DNA of 64,000 nt from an uncultured beta proteobacterium (GCA_963779435.1 CAVZYL010000026.1:19779-83778), one strand, 5' to 3'. Numbered from the stretch's first letter, positions 1 through 12,046 are shown. Notes: a model not told the origin generated them from the letters alone. A program made the numbers and translations.

Positions 1-1353
1 CGACACACCTTCAAGGGTCTACCAAAGATGACTCTGGCGGCCGCTTGCCTCATGGCAGGCGCCGCGCACTCGCAGGAAGTGCAGCCGACAGCCGTCCTGT
101 TCGAGAACGTGCGTATCTTTGATGGCAAGTCCAATGCGCTGTCCGCACCGTCAAACGTCTTCGTACGAGGCAACAAGATCGAGCGAATCGCGACCGCGCC
201 GATTCCAGTCGACCGCCGTGCCGACACGCACATCATTCATGGCGGTGGGCGCACCCTGATGCCGGGACTGATCGACGCGCACTGGCACGTCATCTACGCG
301 TCGATCCCCCTGTCGACCATCATTGCAGGCGACATGAACTATGTCCATCTGGTCGCCGGTAAGGCCGCAAGCGAAACGCTGATGCGGGGCTTCACCAGCG
401 TTCGCGATGTCGGCGGCCCCGCATTCGGTCTCAAGCAGGCCATCGATCGCGGTATCGTCAACGGCCCGCGCATCTGGCCCTCCGGGGCGATGATTTCGCA
501 GACTGGTGGACACGGCGATTTCCGCATGCGCCATGAAGTGCCTGAGGCCCGCAACGCACCGCCCCCCCGCGGCGAGGTGATCAACGGGGGCGTGATTGCC
601 GACGATCCGGGCGAAGTGCGCAAACGCGTTCGCGAACAGCTGATGCTCGGGGCGAGCCAGATCAAGCTGGCTGCGGGCGGCGGCGTGGCCTCGGAGTACG
701 ACCCCATCGACGTCGCCCAATACACCGAGGCTGAGTTCAGGGCCGCGGTCGAGGCGGCAGAGAACTGGGGTACCTATGTCACGGTCCATGCCTATACACC
801 GCGCGCCATCAAGGCGGCCATCGCCGGCGGCGTCATGTGCATCGAGCACGGCCAGTTGATGGACGAGGCCACGGCCAGGCTGATGGCCGAGAAGGGAGTC
901 TGGCTGAGTATCCAGCCCTTCCTGGACAACGAGTTCGCCAACCCGCAGGCAACGCCCGAGGCCAATGCCAGGGCGCTGCAGGTCTATGCCGGAACCGACA
1001 ACGCCTACAAGCTCGCCAAGAAGTACAAGCTCAAGACCGCCTGGGGAACCGACATCCTCTTCGACCCCAAGGCGACCCTGAATCAGGGCGCCCAACTCGC
1101 GACCCTGGTGCGCTGGTACACGCCGGCCGAACTATTGAAGATGGCAACCGGCGCCAACGCCGAACTGCTGGCGATGTCCGGTCCGCGCAATCCTTATCCG
1201 GGCAAACTCGGCATCGTCGAGGAAGGCGCGCTGGCCGACCTGCTCCTGGTCGATGGCGACCCTCTGGCCAACATCAAACTCATTACCGATCCGGTAAAGA
1301 ACTTCGTCGTGATCATGAAAGATGGGAAGTTGTTCAAGAACGCGATTCCTTGA
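1..1353 (+). CDS. Amidohydrolase-superfamily metal-dependent hydrolase, probably exported; the 5' end likely lies outside the window
   Basis: Track ORF 28..1353 (441 aa). The frame stays open back to nt 1. The first residues (MTLAAACLMAGAAHS/QE) look like a signal-peptide hydrophobic core without its charged n-region, so the true start is probably upstream. It has the HxH metal motif (LIDAHWHV) plus KLAAGGG, VHAYT and WGTD motifs, as in Xaa-Pro-dipeptidase/imidazolonepropionase-like amidohydrolases. Confidence 0.8.
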   Translation, partial: RHTFKGLPKMTLAAACLMAGAAHSQEVQPTAVLFENVRIFDGKSNALSAPSNVFVRGNKIERIATAPIPVDRRADTHIIHGGGRTLMPGLIDAHWHVIYASIPLSTIIAGDMNYVHLVAGKAASETLMRGFTSVRDVGGPAFGLKQAIDRGIVNGPRIWPSGAMISQTGGHGDFRMRHEVPEARNAPPPRGEVINGGVIADDPGEVRKRVREQLMLGASQIKLAAGGGVASEYDPIDVAQYTEAEFRAAVEAAENWGTYVTVHAYTPRAIKAAIAGGVMCIEHGQLMDEATARLMAEKGVWLSIQPFLDNEFANPQATPEANARALQVYAGTDNAYKLAKKYKLKTAWGTDILFDPKATLNQGAQLATLVRWYTPAELLKMATGANAELLAMSGPRNPYPGKLGIVEEGALADLLLVDGDPLANIKLITDPVKNFVVIMKDGKLFKNAIP

Positions 1354-1667
1354 GGCAATCTACCGCGATCCGTTGAACGCGTGACCTGAAGGTGGTGGCT
1401 TGCCGATGGCTGTATCGGCAGGGGCGAAGCGCGCCACACTGGGCCTTTCGGCACCGACCAATGATGTTTTCAGCGAAATCAGTCAATGGCGGCCAATGGC
1501 ATGGTCTTGTGTCCGGCGTGCCTGGCCTTGCCTCCGACGGCACCTTTTGGGACTTGCTCGCGCGATCAGGCTGCAGTGCCGCCGGTAGCCACCGCGGACC
1601 GGCCGGCGCAGCCAGCCATTGATTGGAGCAGTTCAAGGGCGGGCAACGGCCCCGAAATGAACCCACG

Positions 1668-2969
<1,302 letters not shown>

Positions 2970-3030
2970 GGCGGCTGCCGGTGGAGCGTTGATGTTCGCA
3001 GCGTAGCGCACAACCCGGCCGGGCACGGCC

Positions 3031-4224
3031 TCAAGCTGCACGCAGCGCCAGAGTGCGGCAGCGCCAGCAGCACAGCGTGGCCAGGATCGCCACCAGCGCC
3101 GCGGCGCCGAACACGGCCTCGAAACCCCAGCGCTGGCTGATCGCGCCACCGACCACGCCGCCGATCACGCCCGACACCCCGTAGCCCAGCGTCGAATACA
3201 GCGCCTGACCTCTGCCGCGCAGCGCACCGGGGAAGTGTCGATTGACCATGCTGATGCAGGCCGCGTGCTGGGCCGCGAAAGTGACGGCGTGCAGGCATTG
3301 CGTCAGCACGAGCAGCGGCCAGCTGCCGCCCAGTGTGGCCATTGCGCCAAAGCGCAACACCGATGCCAGCGCCGCCGCCAGCAGCCAGTTGTGTGCGCTC
3401 CAGCGCGCGAACCAATGCCCCTGGCTCCAGAAGAAGGCGATCTCGACCGCCACCGACACCGCCCACAGCGCGCCGACCGCGCTCTTGCCGTAACCCAGCG
3501 CGTCGAGGTAGAGCGAGAGGAAGGCATACAGCGAGGTGTGGGCGAGCACGGTGAAGAACACCCCGGCGAAGAACCAGGCCACCTCGGGCTGCCTCAGCAC
3601 GCGCCAGACGCCACCCGGCACGCCGGCCCGCGCACCGCCGGGCGCGGCAGTCTGACGCGGCAGGCGCCAGGCCGCCACGGCCAGCAGTCCGAACATCGCG
3701 ATCAGGAACCACGGCAACGCCGCGATGCCGGTCGATTGCAGCAGGACGCCGAACACGCCGACAGCGCTGATGAACCCGAGCGAGCCCCACATTCGAACGC
3801 GGCCGTAGCGGCGGTAGTCGAGCCCTTCGGGCGTGGTCAGCCGCTGCGCCACCGCCGCCTCGGCCAGCGGCACGACCGCCGCATTGGCCAGGAAGATCAG
3901 GACCACGACCGTCGCCACCGGCACCACATCGCGCAGCCACAACAGGCCGAGCGAGGCCGCGAGGATCAATGCGGTGGCGATGCGCACCAGCTCGACGCGG
4001 CGCGCGCCCTGCTGCCAATGGTCGCCGAGCCAGCTCCAGGCGTACGGCACGGCAACGCGGGTCCAGGATTGCAGCGAGGCGATCGACCCGATGACGAGCG
4101 TGGAGAACCCGAGCGACTGAAACCACAGCGGCGCAAACGGGTTGAACAGCCCGATCGACGCGAAGTAGGCAAAACCCAGCGCGCCGTACGGGACCAGCGA
4201 GCCCTGCGGCCCGCGCTCGCTCAC
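3031..4224 (-). CDS. MFS-type permease (MFS_1-like / HcaT-like), substrate unknown
   Basis: 397-aa ORF, hydrophobic throughout. Its GTG start overlaps the aroC stop (GTGA on the minus strand). The N-terminus ([29 protein letters not shown]) resembles the MFS_1-like family. Confidence 0.7.
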   Translation of the reverse strand: MSERGPQGSLVPYGALGFAYFASIGLFNPFAPLWFQSLGFSTLVIGSIASLQSWTRVAVPYAWSWLGDHWQQGARRVELVRIATALILAASLGLLWLRDVVPVATVVVLIFLANAAVVPLAEAAVAQRLTTPEGLDYRRYGRVRMWGSLGFISAVGVFGVLLQSTGIAALPWFLIAMFGLLAVAAWRLPRQTAAPGGARAGVPGGVWRVLRQPEVAWFFAGVFFTVLAHTSLYAFLSLYLDALGYGKSAVGALWAVSVAVEIAFFWSQGHWFARWSAHNWLLAAALASVLRFGAMATLGGSWPLLVLTQCLHAVTFAAQHAACISMVNRHFPGALRGRGQALYSTLGYGVSGVIGGVVGGAISQRWGFEAVFGAAALVAILATLCCWRCRTLALRAA

Positions 4225-5321
4225 GGCGCGCTGCCGGCGATCGGGCCGACGGGCAGCGCCACGTCGGCGTTTTGCGCGCGCTGGCGCAATGCATGGTCCA
4301 TCACCACCAGCGCCAGCATGGCCTCGGCGATCGGCGCGGCACGGATGCCGACGCAGGGGTCGTGGCGGCCGTGGGTCTCGACCGTGGTCGGCTGGCCGGC
4401 GCGATCGATCGACGCGCGTGGCAGGCGGATCGAGCTCGTCGGCTTGATGGCGATCGCCACCCGCAGGTCCTGGCCGGTGGATATGCCGCCGAGCACGCCG
4501 CCGGCGTGGTTGCTGCGAAAGCCCTGCGGAGTGAGTTCATCACCGTGCTGACTGCCGCGCTGCGCGACGACCTTGAAGCCGTCGCCGATCTCGACGCCCT
4601 TGACGGCATTGATGCCCATCATGGCGTAGGCGATGTCGGCATCGAGCTTGTCGTACAGCGGCTCGCCCAGGCCCACCGGCACGCCCTGTGCCAGCACCTC
4701 GATGCGCGCACCGACCGAGTCACCCGACTTGCGCAGCGCGTCCATCGCTACTTCCAGCCGCGGCACGATGCCGGCGTTGGGCGCGAAGAAGGGGTTGTTG
4801 CCGATCTCGGCCAGGCTCTCGAAGTCAATCTCGATCTCGCCCAGCGCCGCCATCCAGGCATGAAAGCGGGTGCCGTGCTTCTCACGCAGCCACTTCTTGG
4901 CCACCGCGCCGGCGGCCACCATCGGCGCCGTCAAGCGTGCCGAGGCCCGGCCGCCGCCACGCGGGTCGCGCAGGCCGTACTTGTGCCAGTAGGTGTAGTC
5001 GGCATGTCCGGGACGGAAGCTGTCGAGCAGGTTGCCGTAATCCTTGCTGCGCTGGTCGGTGTTGTGGATCAGCAGCGCGATCGGCGTGCCGGTGGTCAGG
5101 CCTTCGAACACGCCCGACAGGATCTGCACCGTATCGGCCTCGTTGCGCTGCGTCACATGCCGGCTGGTGCCGGGGCGGCGGCGGTCGAGGTCGGGCTGGA
5201 TGTCGGCTTCGCTCAGCGCCATCCCCGGCGGGCAGCCGTCGATCACGCAGCCGATCGCCGGGCCATGGCTCTCGCCGAAGTTGGTGACGCAAAAGAGGTG
5301 GCCGAAGGTGGAGCCGGACAT
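4221..5321 (-). CDS. aroC: Chorismate synthase
   Basis: 366 aa. The N-terminus [33 protein letters not shown], plus RPGHADYTY and [11 protein letters not shown] motifs, are diagnostic of AroC. Confidence 0.95.
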   Translation of the reverse strand: MSGSTFGHLFCVTNFGESHGPAIGCVIDGCPPGMALSEADIQPDLDRRRPGTSRHVTQRNEADTVQILSGVFEGLTTGTPIALLIHNTDQRSKDYGNLLDSFRPGHADYTYWHKYGLRDPRGGGRASARLTAPMVAAGAVAKKWLREKHGTRFHAWMAALGEIEIDFESLAEIGNNPFFAPNAGIVPRLEVAMDALRKSGDSVGARIEVLAQGVPVGLGEPLYDKLDADIAYAMMGINAVKGVEIGDGFKVVAQRGSQHGDELTPQGFRSNHAGGVLGGISTGQDLRVAIAIKPTSSIRLPRASIDRAGQPTTVETHGRHDPCVGIRAAPIAEAMLALVVMDHALRQRAQNADVALPVGPIAGSAP

Positions 5322-5370
5322 GGTTCAGGGCGTGAGTGCGGTGCCGTTCGATTGTGACAGCGGGCATGGT

Positions 5371-5844
5371 TCAAACGGGTTTGCGACCCGGCAGCCACTT
5401 GATCAGTTGCAGACATGGGTTCTGTGGCGCCCATAGCAGGGGAAAGACCTCCAATGCCTGGAACCCGAGGTGGGTGTAGAACTCGCGTGTCTGCGCGTAG
5501 GCCTTGCTGGGCGACGTGGCGGCAACCGTCTTGACCTGCAGCAGCGTGACGTTCTTCGCTGCCAGCCAGGCTTCGACATGTGCTACCAGCGCCCGCCCGA
5601 TGCCTGCATTTCTCGACGCCGCCTGCACGGCAATGCAATGGATCTCCCAGGCCTGCGCAAAGTGTTCGGTAAGCGAGACGAAGCCGATGATCTGCTCGCC
5701 TTCCATGGCGGCGAATGTCGGATGGGTCAGCGTGTCGTCGGCGTACATCTGCAACGCCTCTTCGATGCCGAACCACATCGGCAACGAACGCAGCACCTGC
5801 TCGCACTCGGCCCTCGCGTCCAGGCTGGGGCCGACGATGTGCAC
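5371..5844 (-). CDS. GNAT-family N-acetyltransferase
   Basis: 157 aa with a GTG start. The acetyl-CoA binding segment (IAVQAASRNAGIGRALV) matches the R/Q-x-x-G-x-G/A motif. Confidence 0.7.
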   Translation of the reverse strand: MHIVGPSLDARAECEQVLRSLPMWFGIEEALQMYADDTLTHPTFAAMEGEQIIGFVSLTEHFAQAWEIHCIAVQAASRNAGIGRALVAHVEAWLAAKNVTLLQVKTVAATSPSKAYAQTREFYTHLGFQALEVFPLLWAPQNPCLQLIKWLPGRKPV

Positions 5845-5882
5845 GGTACGGCCTCGTCCGTGCCGAGCCGCCGACGCCGCCG

Positions 5883-6344
5883 CTACTCGGCCTTGCCTTC
5901 CTGCGTCTCCTCGACCGGCCAGTCACGGATGTAGGCCTTGAGCATGCGATTCTCGAAGTCCTGCGAGTCGACCACCGCCTTGGCCACGTCGTAGAACGAG
6001 ATCACGCCCATCAAGGTGCTCTGGTCCATCACCGGCAGGTAGCGGGCATGGCGCTGCAGCATCATGCGCCGCACCTCGTCGATCTCGGTCTCGGGTGTGC
6101 AGGTGAGCGGAAAGTCGTCCATCACGCTGCGCACCTGCGTGTCGCCGATCGTGCCGCCGTTGCGCACCACCGCCTGGATCACTTCGCGAAAGGTCAGGAT
6201 GCCGGCCAGTTCACCGTGATGCATCACCACCAGGGAGCCGATGTCCAGGCCGGCCATCGTGCGCAACGCGTCGGCCAGCCGCTCCTCGGGTGGGATGGTG
6301 TAGAGCGTGCTTCCTTTGACGCGCAGGATGTCGCTGACTTTCAT
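5883..6344 (-). CDS. CBS-domain pair protein
   Basis: Track ORF 5883..6401, trimmed to ATG 6344 (MKVSDILRVKGSTLYTI...), giving 153 aa. It consists of two CBS repeats (...LVVMHHGELAGILTFREV... and ...YLPVMDQSTLMGVISFYDV...). Confidence 0.8.
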   Translation of the reverse strand: MKVSDILRVKGSTLYTIPPEERLADALRTMAGLDIGSLVVMHHGELAGILTFREVIQAVVRNGGTIGDTQVRSVMDDFPLTCTPETEIDEVRRMMLQRHARYLPVMDQSTLMGVISFYDVAKAVVDSQDFENRMLKAYIRDWPVEETQEGKAE

Positions 6345-6427
6345 GATGGCTCCGGTGGCGGTGGGTGCAAGAAAAACATAGCACACAATGCCCGTAGCCA
6401 ACAGGAAATCTGCCCAGGGAGCAATTC

Positions 6428-7726
6428 ATGCCCGGCCCCGCCGACCCCGGTTTCGACACGCTGGCGCTGCATGCCGGCGCCGCGCCCGACCCCACGACCG
6501 GCGCGCGCGCGCTGCCGATCCACCTCTCGACCTCGTTCGTATTCGAGTCCTGCGAGCACGCCGCGTCGCTGTTCAACCTCGAACGCTCGGGCCATGTCTA
6601 CAGCCGCATCAGCAACCCGACCAACGCGGTGTTCGAGGAGCGCATGGCCGCGCTCGAAGGCGGCGCGGGTGCGATCGCCACGGCCAGCGGCCAGGCCGCG
6701 CTGCACCTGGCGATCTGCACGCTGGCCGGCGCGGGCTCGCACATCGTCTCCAGCTCGGCGCTGTACGGCGGCTCGCACAACCTGCTGAGCTACACGCTGG
6801 CCCGGTTCGGTGTCGAGACGACCTTCGTCAAGCCGGGCGACATCGACGGCTGGCGCGCGGCGCTGCGGCCCAACACCCGGCTGCTGCTCGGAGAAACCCT
6901 GGGCAACCCGGGCCTGGACGTGCTCGACATCCCCACGGTGGCCACCATCGCGCACGACGCGGGCGTGCCGCTGCTCGTCGACTCGACCTTCACGACGCCC
7001 TACCTGATGCAGCCGTTCACGCACGGTGCCGACCTGGTCTTTCACTCGGCCACCAAGTTCCTGTGCGGCCATGGCACGGTGGTCGGCGGCGTGCTGGTCG
7101 ACGGCGGCCGCTTCGACTGGAGCCTGGCCGAGCGTTTCCCCGAGCTGAACCAGCCCTATGCCGGTTTTCACGGCATGGTGTTCTCCGAGGAGTCGAGCGA
7201 AGGCGCGTTCCTGTTGCGCGCGCGCCGCGAAGGCCTGCGCGACTTCGGCGCCTGCATGAGCCCGCACACCGCCTGGCTGATGCTGCAAGGCATCGAAACG
7301 CTGCCGCTGCGCATGGCGCGGCATGTCGAGAACACGCGCAAGGTGGTGGCTTTCCTGGTCGCGCACCCGATGGTCGCCGGCGTCGGCTACCCCGAACTCG
7401 AGGGCCACCCCAGCCACGCACTGGCGCTGCGCCTGCTGCCCAAGGGCTGCGGTGCGGTGTTCAGCTTCGACCTGAAGGGCTCGCGCAAGCAAGGCGTGGC
7501 CTTCATCGAGGCGCTGAAGCTGTTCTCGCACCTGGCCAACGTCGGCGATTGCCGCTCGCTGGTGATCCATCCGGCGTCGACCACGCACTTCCGCATGGAC
7601 GACGCGGCGCTGGCCACGGCCGGCATCGGGCCCGGCACGATCCGGCTGTCGATCGGGCTGGAAGACCCGGCCGATCTGATCGAGGACTTGAAGCGCGCGC
7701 TGAAGGCCGCCGAGAAGGCCGTATGA
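6428..7726 (+). CDS. metY: O-acetylhomoserine aminocarboxypropyltransferase (sulfhydrylase)
   Basis: 432 aa in the PLP-dependent Cys/Met-metabolism family. Motifs include FDTLALHAG, ISNPTN and the lysine segment HSATKFLCGHG. A GGGAG Shine-Dalgarno lies 6 nt upstream. Confidence 0.9.
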   Translation: MPGPADPGFDTLALHAGAAPDPTTGARALPIHLSTSFVFESCEHAASLFNLERSGHVYSRISNPTNAVFEERMAALEGGAGAIATASGQAALHLAICTLAGAGSHIVSSSALYGGSHNLLSYTLARFGVETTFVKPGDIDGWRAALRPNTRLLLGETLGNPGLDVLDIPTVATIAHDAGVPLLVDSTFTTPYLMQPFTHGADLVFHSATKFLCGHGTVVGGVLVDGGRFDWSLAERFPELNQPYAGFHGMVFSEESSEGAFLLRARREGLRDFGACMSPHTAWLMLQGIETLPLRMARHVENTRKVVAFLVAHPMVAGVGYPELEGHPSHALALRLLPKGCGAVFSFDLKGSRKQGVAFIEALKLFSHLANVGDCRSLVIHPASTTHFRMDDAALATAGIGPGTIRLSIGLEDPADLIEDLKRALKAAEKAV

Positions 7727-8523
7727 AGCTCCTGGTTCAGGGCCGCGAGGTCTACGCCTACACCGGCGGCAAGGCGTTCGACCCGGCCCTGCCCTGCGTG
7801 GTCTTCATCCACGGCGCGATGAACGATCACGGCAATTTCACGCTGCTGGCGCGCTGGTTCGCCCACCATGGATTCGCCGTGCTCGCGCCCGACCTGCCCG
7901 GCCACATGCAGAGCGCCGGCCCGGCGCTGACCAGCGTCGAAGCCATCGCCGACTGGTTGCTGACGCTGCTCGACGCCGCTGGCGTGCGCGAGGCCGCACT
8001 GGCCGGGCACAGCATGGGCTCGCTGGCCGCGCTCGAAGCGGCCGCGCGCGCACCTGGCCGGGTAAAGCGCCTGGTGATGCTGGGTACCGCGGTGCCGATG
8101 CCGGTGCCGGCAGCGTTGCTCGAGTTGGGACGCGACGAGCCATTGGCGGCGATCGAACGCGTGATCGTCTATTCGTTCTCGACACTGGCTGCCAAACCGT
8201 CGTACCCGGGCCCCGGCGTCTGGCTGCGCGGCAGCGGCCGGGCACTGATGCGCCAGGTGCTGGCGCGCAGCGGTGATCCGCTGCTGTTCTACAAGGACTT
8301 CACCGCCTGCAACAACTACGCCAATGGCCTGAACGCCGCGTCAAGGGTGGAATGCCCCAGCCACCTGGTACTGGGCCAGTTCGACCAGATGACCCTGCCC
8401 CGCGGCGCGCAGGCCATCGCGGGCGCACTGAAGGCCACCGTGCACAACGTGCCGGCCGGGCATTTCCTGATGCAGGAGTGCCCCGACGGCGTGTTGAATG
8501 CGTTGCGCAAGGCCCTGCGCTGA
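7723..8523 (+). CDS. Alpha/beta-fold hydrolase
   Basis: This is the last 266 aa of composite track ORF 6388..8523. ATG 7723 overlaps the metY stop (ATGA). It has the HG oxyanion motif (VVFIHGAMN) and the nucleophile elbow GHSMGS. Confidence 0.75.
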   Translation: MKLLVQGREVYAYTGGKAFDPALPCVVFIHGAMNDHGNFTLLARWFAHHGFAVLAPDLPGHMQSAGPALTSVEAIADWLLTLLDAAGVREAALAGHSMGSLAALEAAARAPGRVKRLVMLGTAVPMPVPAALLELGRDEPLAAIERVIVYSFSTLAAKPSYPGPGVWLRGSGRALMRQVLARSGDPLLFYKDFTACNNYANGLNAASRVECPSHLVLGQFDQMTLPRGAQAIAGALKATVHNVPAGHFLMQECPDGVLNALRKALR

Positions 8524-8533
8524 TCGAGCCACC

Positions 8534-8851
8534 ATGGACCCCACTGACCCGAAGACCTTCGACACCTTTGCCGATTTCTATCCCTACTACCTCGGCGAAC
8601 ACCGCAACCGGAATTGCCGCCGCCTGCACTTCGTCGGCACCTCGCTGGCGCTGATATGCCTGCTGATGTTGTTCGCCACGGGTCGGCCGCAGTACCTGCT
8701 GTACGGCCTGGTCTGCGGTTATGCCTTTGCCTGGATCGGCCACGGCGTGTTCGAGAAGAACAAGCCGGCGACCTTCAAGTACCCGGTCTACAGCTTCATC
8801 GGCGACTGGGCGATGTACCGCGACATCTGGCTCGGGCGCATCAAGTTTTAG
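8534..8851 (+). CDS. DUF962 (Mpo1-like) small membrane protein
   Basis: Track ORF 8498..8851, trimmed to ATG 8534, giving 105 aa. Family-typical segments are FADFYPYYLGEHRNRNCRRLHFVGT, then two hydrophobic helices, then HGVFEKNKPATFKYP. Confidence 0.7.
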   Translation: MDPTDPKTFDTFADFYPYYLGEHRNRNCRRLHFVGTSLALICLLMLFATGRPQYLLYGLVCGYAFAWIGHGVFEKNKPATFKYPVYSFIGDWAMYRDIWLGRIKF

Positions 8852-9305
8852 CGCCCGGCCCGCGCACCGCGACCAGCGTGGTCCGGCCGTCGCCCGCTCG
8901 GTCTCGCCCGCGCAGCCACCACACCGCGCCCTTCTTCACGCTCCACGGCTGGTCCACGCCCGCCAGCAGATGGGCCGCGACCCGCCCAAGCGTCGGCTGG
9001 TGCCCGACCACCAACACCGCTGCCTCGGCACCGGGCCAGCCCACGGCCGTCAGCAGCCCCGCGACGCTGGTGCCGGGGCCCAGCGCGACCACGGTCTTGA
9101 ACTTGCGCTGCAGTGCGGCCGCCGTCTGTTGCGTGCGCCGGGACGGGCTGACCAACACCCGTGTGCCGGCCGGAAGGTGGCGGTCGAGCCAGGCGGCCAT
9201 CCGCGCGGCTTGGCGCTGGCCGCGCGGGGTCAAGGGGCGGTCGAGGTCACTCATGCGGCCGTCGGCGTCTCGGGCCTCGGCATGCCGCCACAGGATCAGG
9301 TCCAT
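8841..9305 (-). CDS. sixA: Phosphohistidine phosphatase SixA
   Basis: 154 aa. It carries the RHG-type motif (LILWRHAEA), LTPRGQRQA, VLVSPSRRTQQTA and VVGHQPTLG. It lies immediately downstream of ppk1. Confidence 0.85.
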   Translation of the reverse strand: MDLILWRHAEARDADGRMSDLDRPLTPRGQRQAARMAAWLDRHLPAGTRVLVSPSRRTQQTAAALQRKFKTVVALGPGTSVAGLLTAVGWPGAEAAVLVVGHQPTLGRVAAHLLAGVDQPWSVKKGAVWWLRGRDRAGDGRTTLVAVRGPGAKT

Positions 9306-9320
9306 CGCCGGGCCTGCATG

Positions 9321-11453
9321 TCAACGCGCGCGGTACAACTGCATCAACGCCTGCTGCGCGCTGACACCGTCTTCGGCCACGCGGCGGTAGCTGCCGTCGG
9401 GCTTCTCCAGCCAGGCGTCGCGCCGGTCGTGCAGGTAGGGCACCAGGCATTCGTCGATCACGCGCTGGCGCATGCGTGCGTCGTGCAGCGGCCAGGCCAG
9501 CTCGATGCGGCCGAACATGTTGCGGCTCATCCAGTCGGCGCTCGACAAGTACAGGGCCTCGTCGGCCGCGCCGGGGCCCCAGCGGAAGTACAGGATGCGG
9601 GTGTGCTCGAGGAAGCGGCCGACGATCGAGCGCACCCGGATGTTGTCGCTGATGCCCGCGCACGCCGGGTGCGAGCAGGCACGCCCCGCGCACGATCAGG
9701 TCGATCTGCACGCCGGCCTGGCCCGTACGCTGGAGCGCACCGATCAGTGCCGGATCGGTCAGGGCATTGAGCTTGAGCACGATCCGCGCCTCGGCCGAGT
9801 GGCCGGCGCGCGCCGCCTCGGCCACGCGCACCAGCAAAGCGCATCATGTGTGGGTGCAGCACGAACGGCGCGGTCAGCAAGCGCCGCGGCGCGCGGGCCT
9901 TGGTCTGGCTGGCCAATTGCTGGAAGACCGCCTCGGCATCGGCCGTGATTTCGGCATCGGCGGTGAGGTAGCCGATGTCGGTATACAGCCGCGCCGTGCG
10001 TGGGTTGTAGTTGCCCGTCGACAGGTGCACATAGCGACGAGAGCTTGGCGCCTTCGCGCCGCGTCACCAGCAGCAGCTTGGCGTGCGTCTTCAGGCCGAC
10101 GATGCCGTAGACCACCTGCGCGCCGACCGCCTCGAGGCGCTCGGCCCAGTTGATGTTGGCCTCCTCGTCGAAGCGGGCCTTCAATTCGACCACCACCGTC
10201 ACTTCCTTGCCGCGACGCGCAGCCTCGATCAGCGACTCCATCAACACGCTGTCGCTGCCGGTGCGGTAGATGGTCTGCTTGATGGCCAGCACTTGCGGGT
10301 CGTTGACGGCTTCGCGCAGGAAGGCCACCACAGGGTCGAAGCTTTCGTAGGGGTGGTGCAGCAACAGGTCGCTGCCCTGCGCCAGGTACGCGATGATCGA
10401 CTCGCCGCGTGCGAGGTGGTCGTAGGGCCACGCCGGCTCGAACGGCGCGAAGCGCAACGCGACGCGGCCGCTCGCATCCGTCGGGTCGGCGTCGGCCTGG
10501 TCGATCAATTGCGCCAGCCGCACCAGGTTCACCGGGCCGTTGACACGGTACAGCGCCGCCTCGGGCAGGCCGAACTGTTCGAGCAGCAGGCGCCACAGCT
10601 CGGGCGGGCAGGTATTGACCACTTCGAGCCGGGTTGCCTGGCCGAAATGGCGCGTGGTCAGGCCCGAGCGCAGCGCCTGACGCAGGTTGGTGAAGTCGTC
10701 CTCGTCGACGTCGAGGTCGGAGTCGCGCGTGACGCGAAACTGCGAGAACGCCTCCACCGTGCGGCCGGGAAACAGCGACGCCAGGTGGGCGCGGATCATG
10801 CTCGACAGCAGGACGAACCCTTGCCGGCCCGCCTTGCACAGGCCATCGGGCAAGCGGATCACGCGCGGCAACGCACGTGGCACCTTGACGATGGCGATGC
10901 GGTTCTCGCGCCCGAAGGCATCGCGCCCGCCCAACCGGACGATGAAGTTCAGGCTCTTGTTGGCCACCAGCGGGAACGGATGCGCCGGATCCAGCCCCAC
11001 CGGCACCAGCAGCGGCCGCACCTGCGACGCGAAGTACTTGCCGACCCAGCGCCGCTGCGCCGCATTGCGATGGGCGTGGTTGATGATCTCGATGCCGGCG
11101 GCGGCCAGCGCCGGCCGCACCTGCTCGTTGAACAGGCGGTACTGCGCATCGATCAATTCGCGCGTGGTGGCGGCCAGGTCGTGCATGTCTCGCTGCGAGG
11201 CGACGTCGCGCGAAGCCCGCACGACCTCGAGGTAGTCGGCGAACCGAACCTCGAAGAACTCGTCCAGGTTCGACGACACGATGGTGATGTAGCGCAGGCG
11301 TTCGAGCAGGGGCACGTCGGCGCGCTCGGCCTGCGCCAGCACGCGGCGGTTGAACGCCAGGATCGCCTGCTCGCGATTGAGCAGGTTCGGGCGCGGGGGT
11401 ATTGCCGCGCGGCCGGGAGTGGCATCGTCGCCGGCGTCTCGCTCATCGGTCAT
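9321..11453 (-). pseudogene. ppk: Polyphosphate kinase 1, reading frame interrupted three times
   Basis: PPK1 sequence runs through four track ORFs in successive reverse frames. They are 9759..11453 (N-terminus MTDERD...NREQAILAFNRRVL...[15 protein letters not shown]), 9527..10030 ([24 protein letters not shown]), 9247..9837 ([15 protein letters not shown]...IDLIVRGAC) and 9321..9635 ([16 protein letters not shown]...). Hand reconstruction gives single extra bases near 10040, 9837 and 9655. Confidence 0.9.
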
Positions 11454-11572
11454 GCGGCGAGTTTATGGGCCATTTGCAACAGCCCGGTGACCGCGTCGGC
11501 GATGCGGCGCGGCGCGGCGGGGGTGCGCCCGCTCGGCCGCGCACCCGCATTCGATCGCGCTCGCCACCCGCG

Positions 11573-12046
11573 TCAGATGCCGATGTGCACCTGATAGCGT
11601 GCCCCGTTGGAGAAGTTGCAGGTGCCGGCGCCTTGGCGCTGGTCCTTCATCTGGTACTCGCAACTCATCGACAGGCCGCCCTGGCCAAAGGCGCTGGCCA
11701 CGCCGCGGCGTTCGTCGTTGGATACCCGCGTGGCCTCGCCGGTCAGGATTTCGCCACGGTAGTTGAGCTGGAAGTGGCCCTTGCCGCCGGGCGTCGCGGT
11801 GATCGTGCCACTCAGCATGCCGGTCTGCGAGGCGGCGTCGTTCGTCGGGTACAGGCGGGCCTGCAGCACCATCGGCATGGCCATTGGCGCGGGAGCGGGG
11901 TACGGGTTTTGCGCCGTGGCGTAGGGCGGGTAGGCCGGATAGACCGGCTGGCCATCGGGGCCGATGGGCAACACGTAGCAGCCCGTGAGGCCGGCCGACA
12001 CGATCAGGGTCGCAAGGATTGCGGTGGGCTTGAACGCGGTCATCAT
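11573..12046 (-). CDS. Small lipoprotein of unknown function
   Basis: This is the last 157 aa of composite track ORF 11573..13918, starting at ATGATG 12041-12046. It has a signal peptide plus lipobox (ILATLIVSAGLTG/C), a Pro/Tyr-rich linker, and a C-terminal domain with four Cys. Confidence 0.65.
   Translation of the reverse strand: MMTAFKPTAILATLIVSAGLTGCYVLPIGPDGQPVYPAYPPYATAQNPYPAPAPMAMPMVLQARLYPTNDAASQTGMLSGTITATPGGKGHFQLNYRGEILTGEATRVSNDERRGVASAFGQGGLSMSCEYQMKDQRQGAGTCNFSNGARYQVHIGI

Noticed and set aside
6388-8523. Very long composite track ORFs (6388..8523, 11573..13918, 26973..29846, 52167..54041, 32618..34288).
   Set aside because: Only the downstream part of each is a real gene: the alpha/beta hydrolase, the lipoprotein, guaC, rsuA and a valS fragment respectively. 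The upstream parts are open out-of-frame read-through over neighbouring genes.
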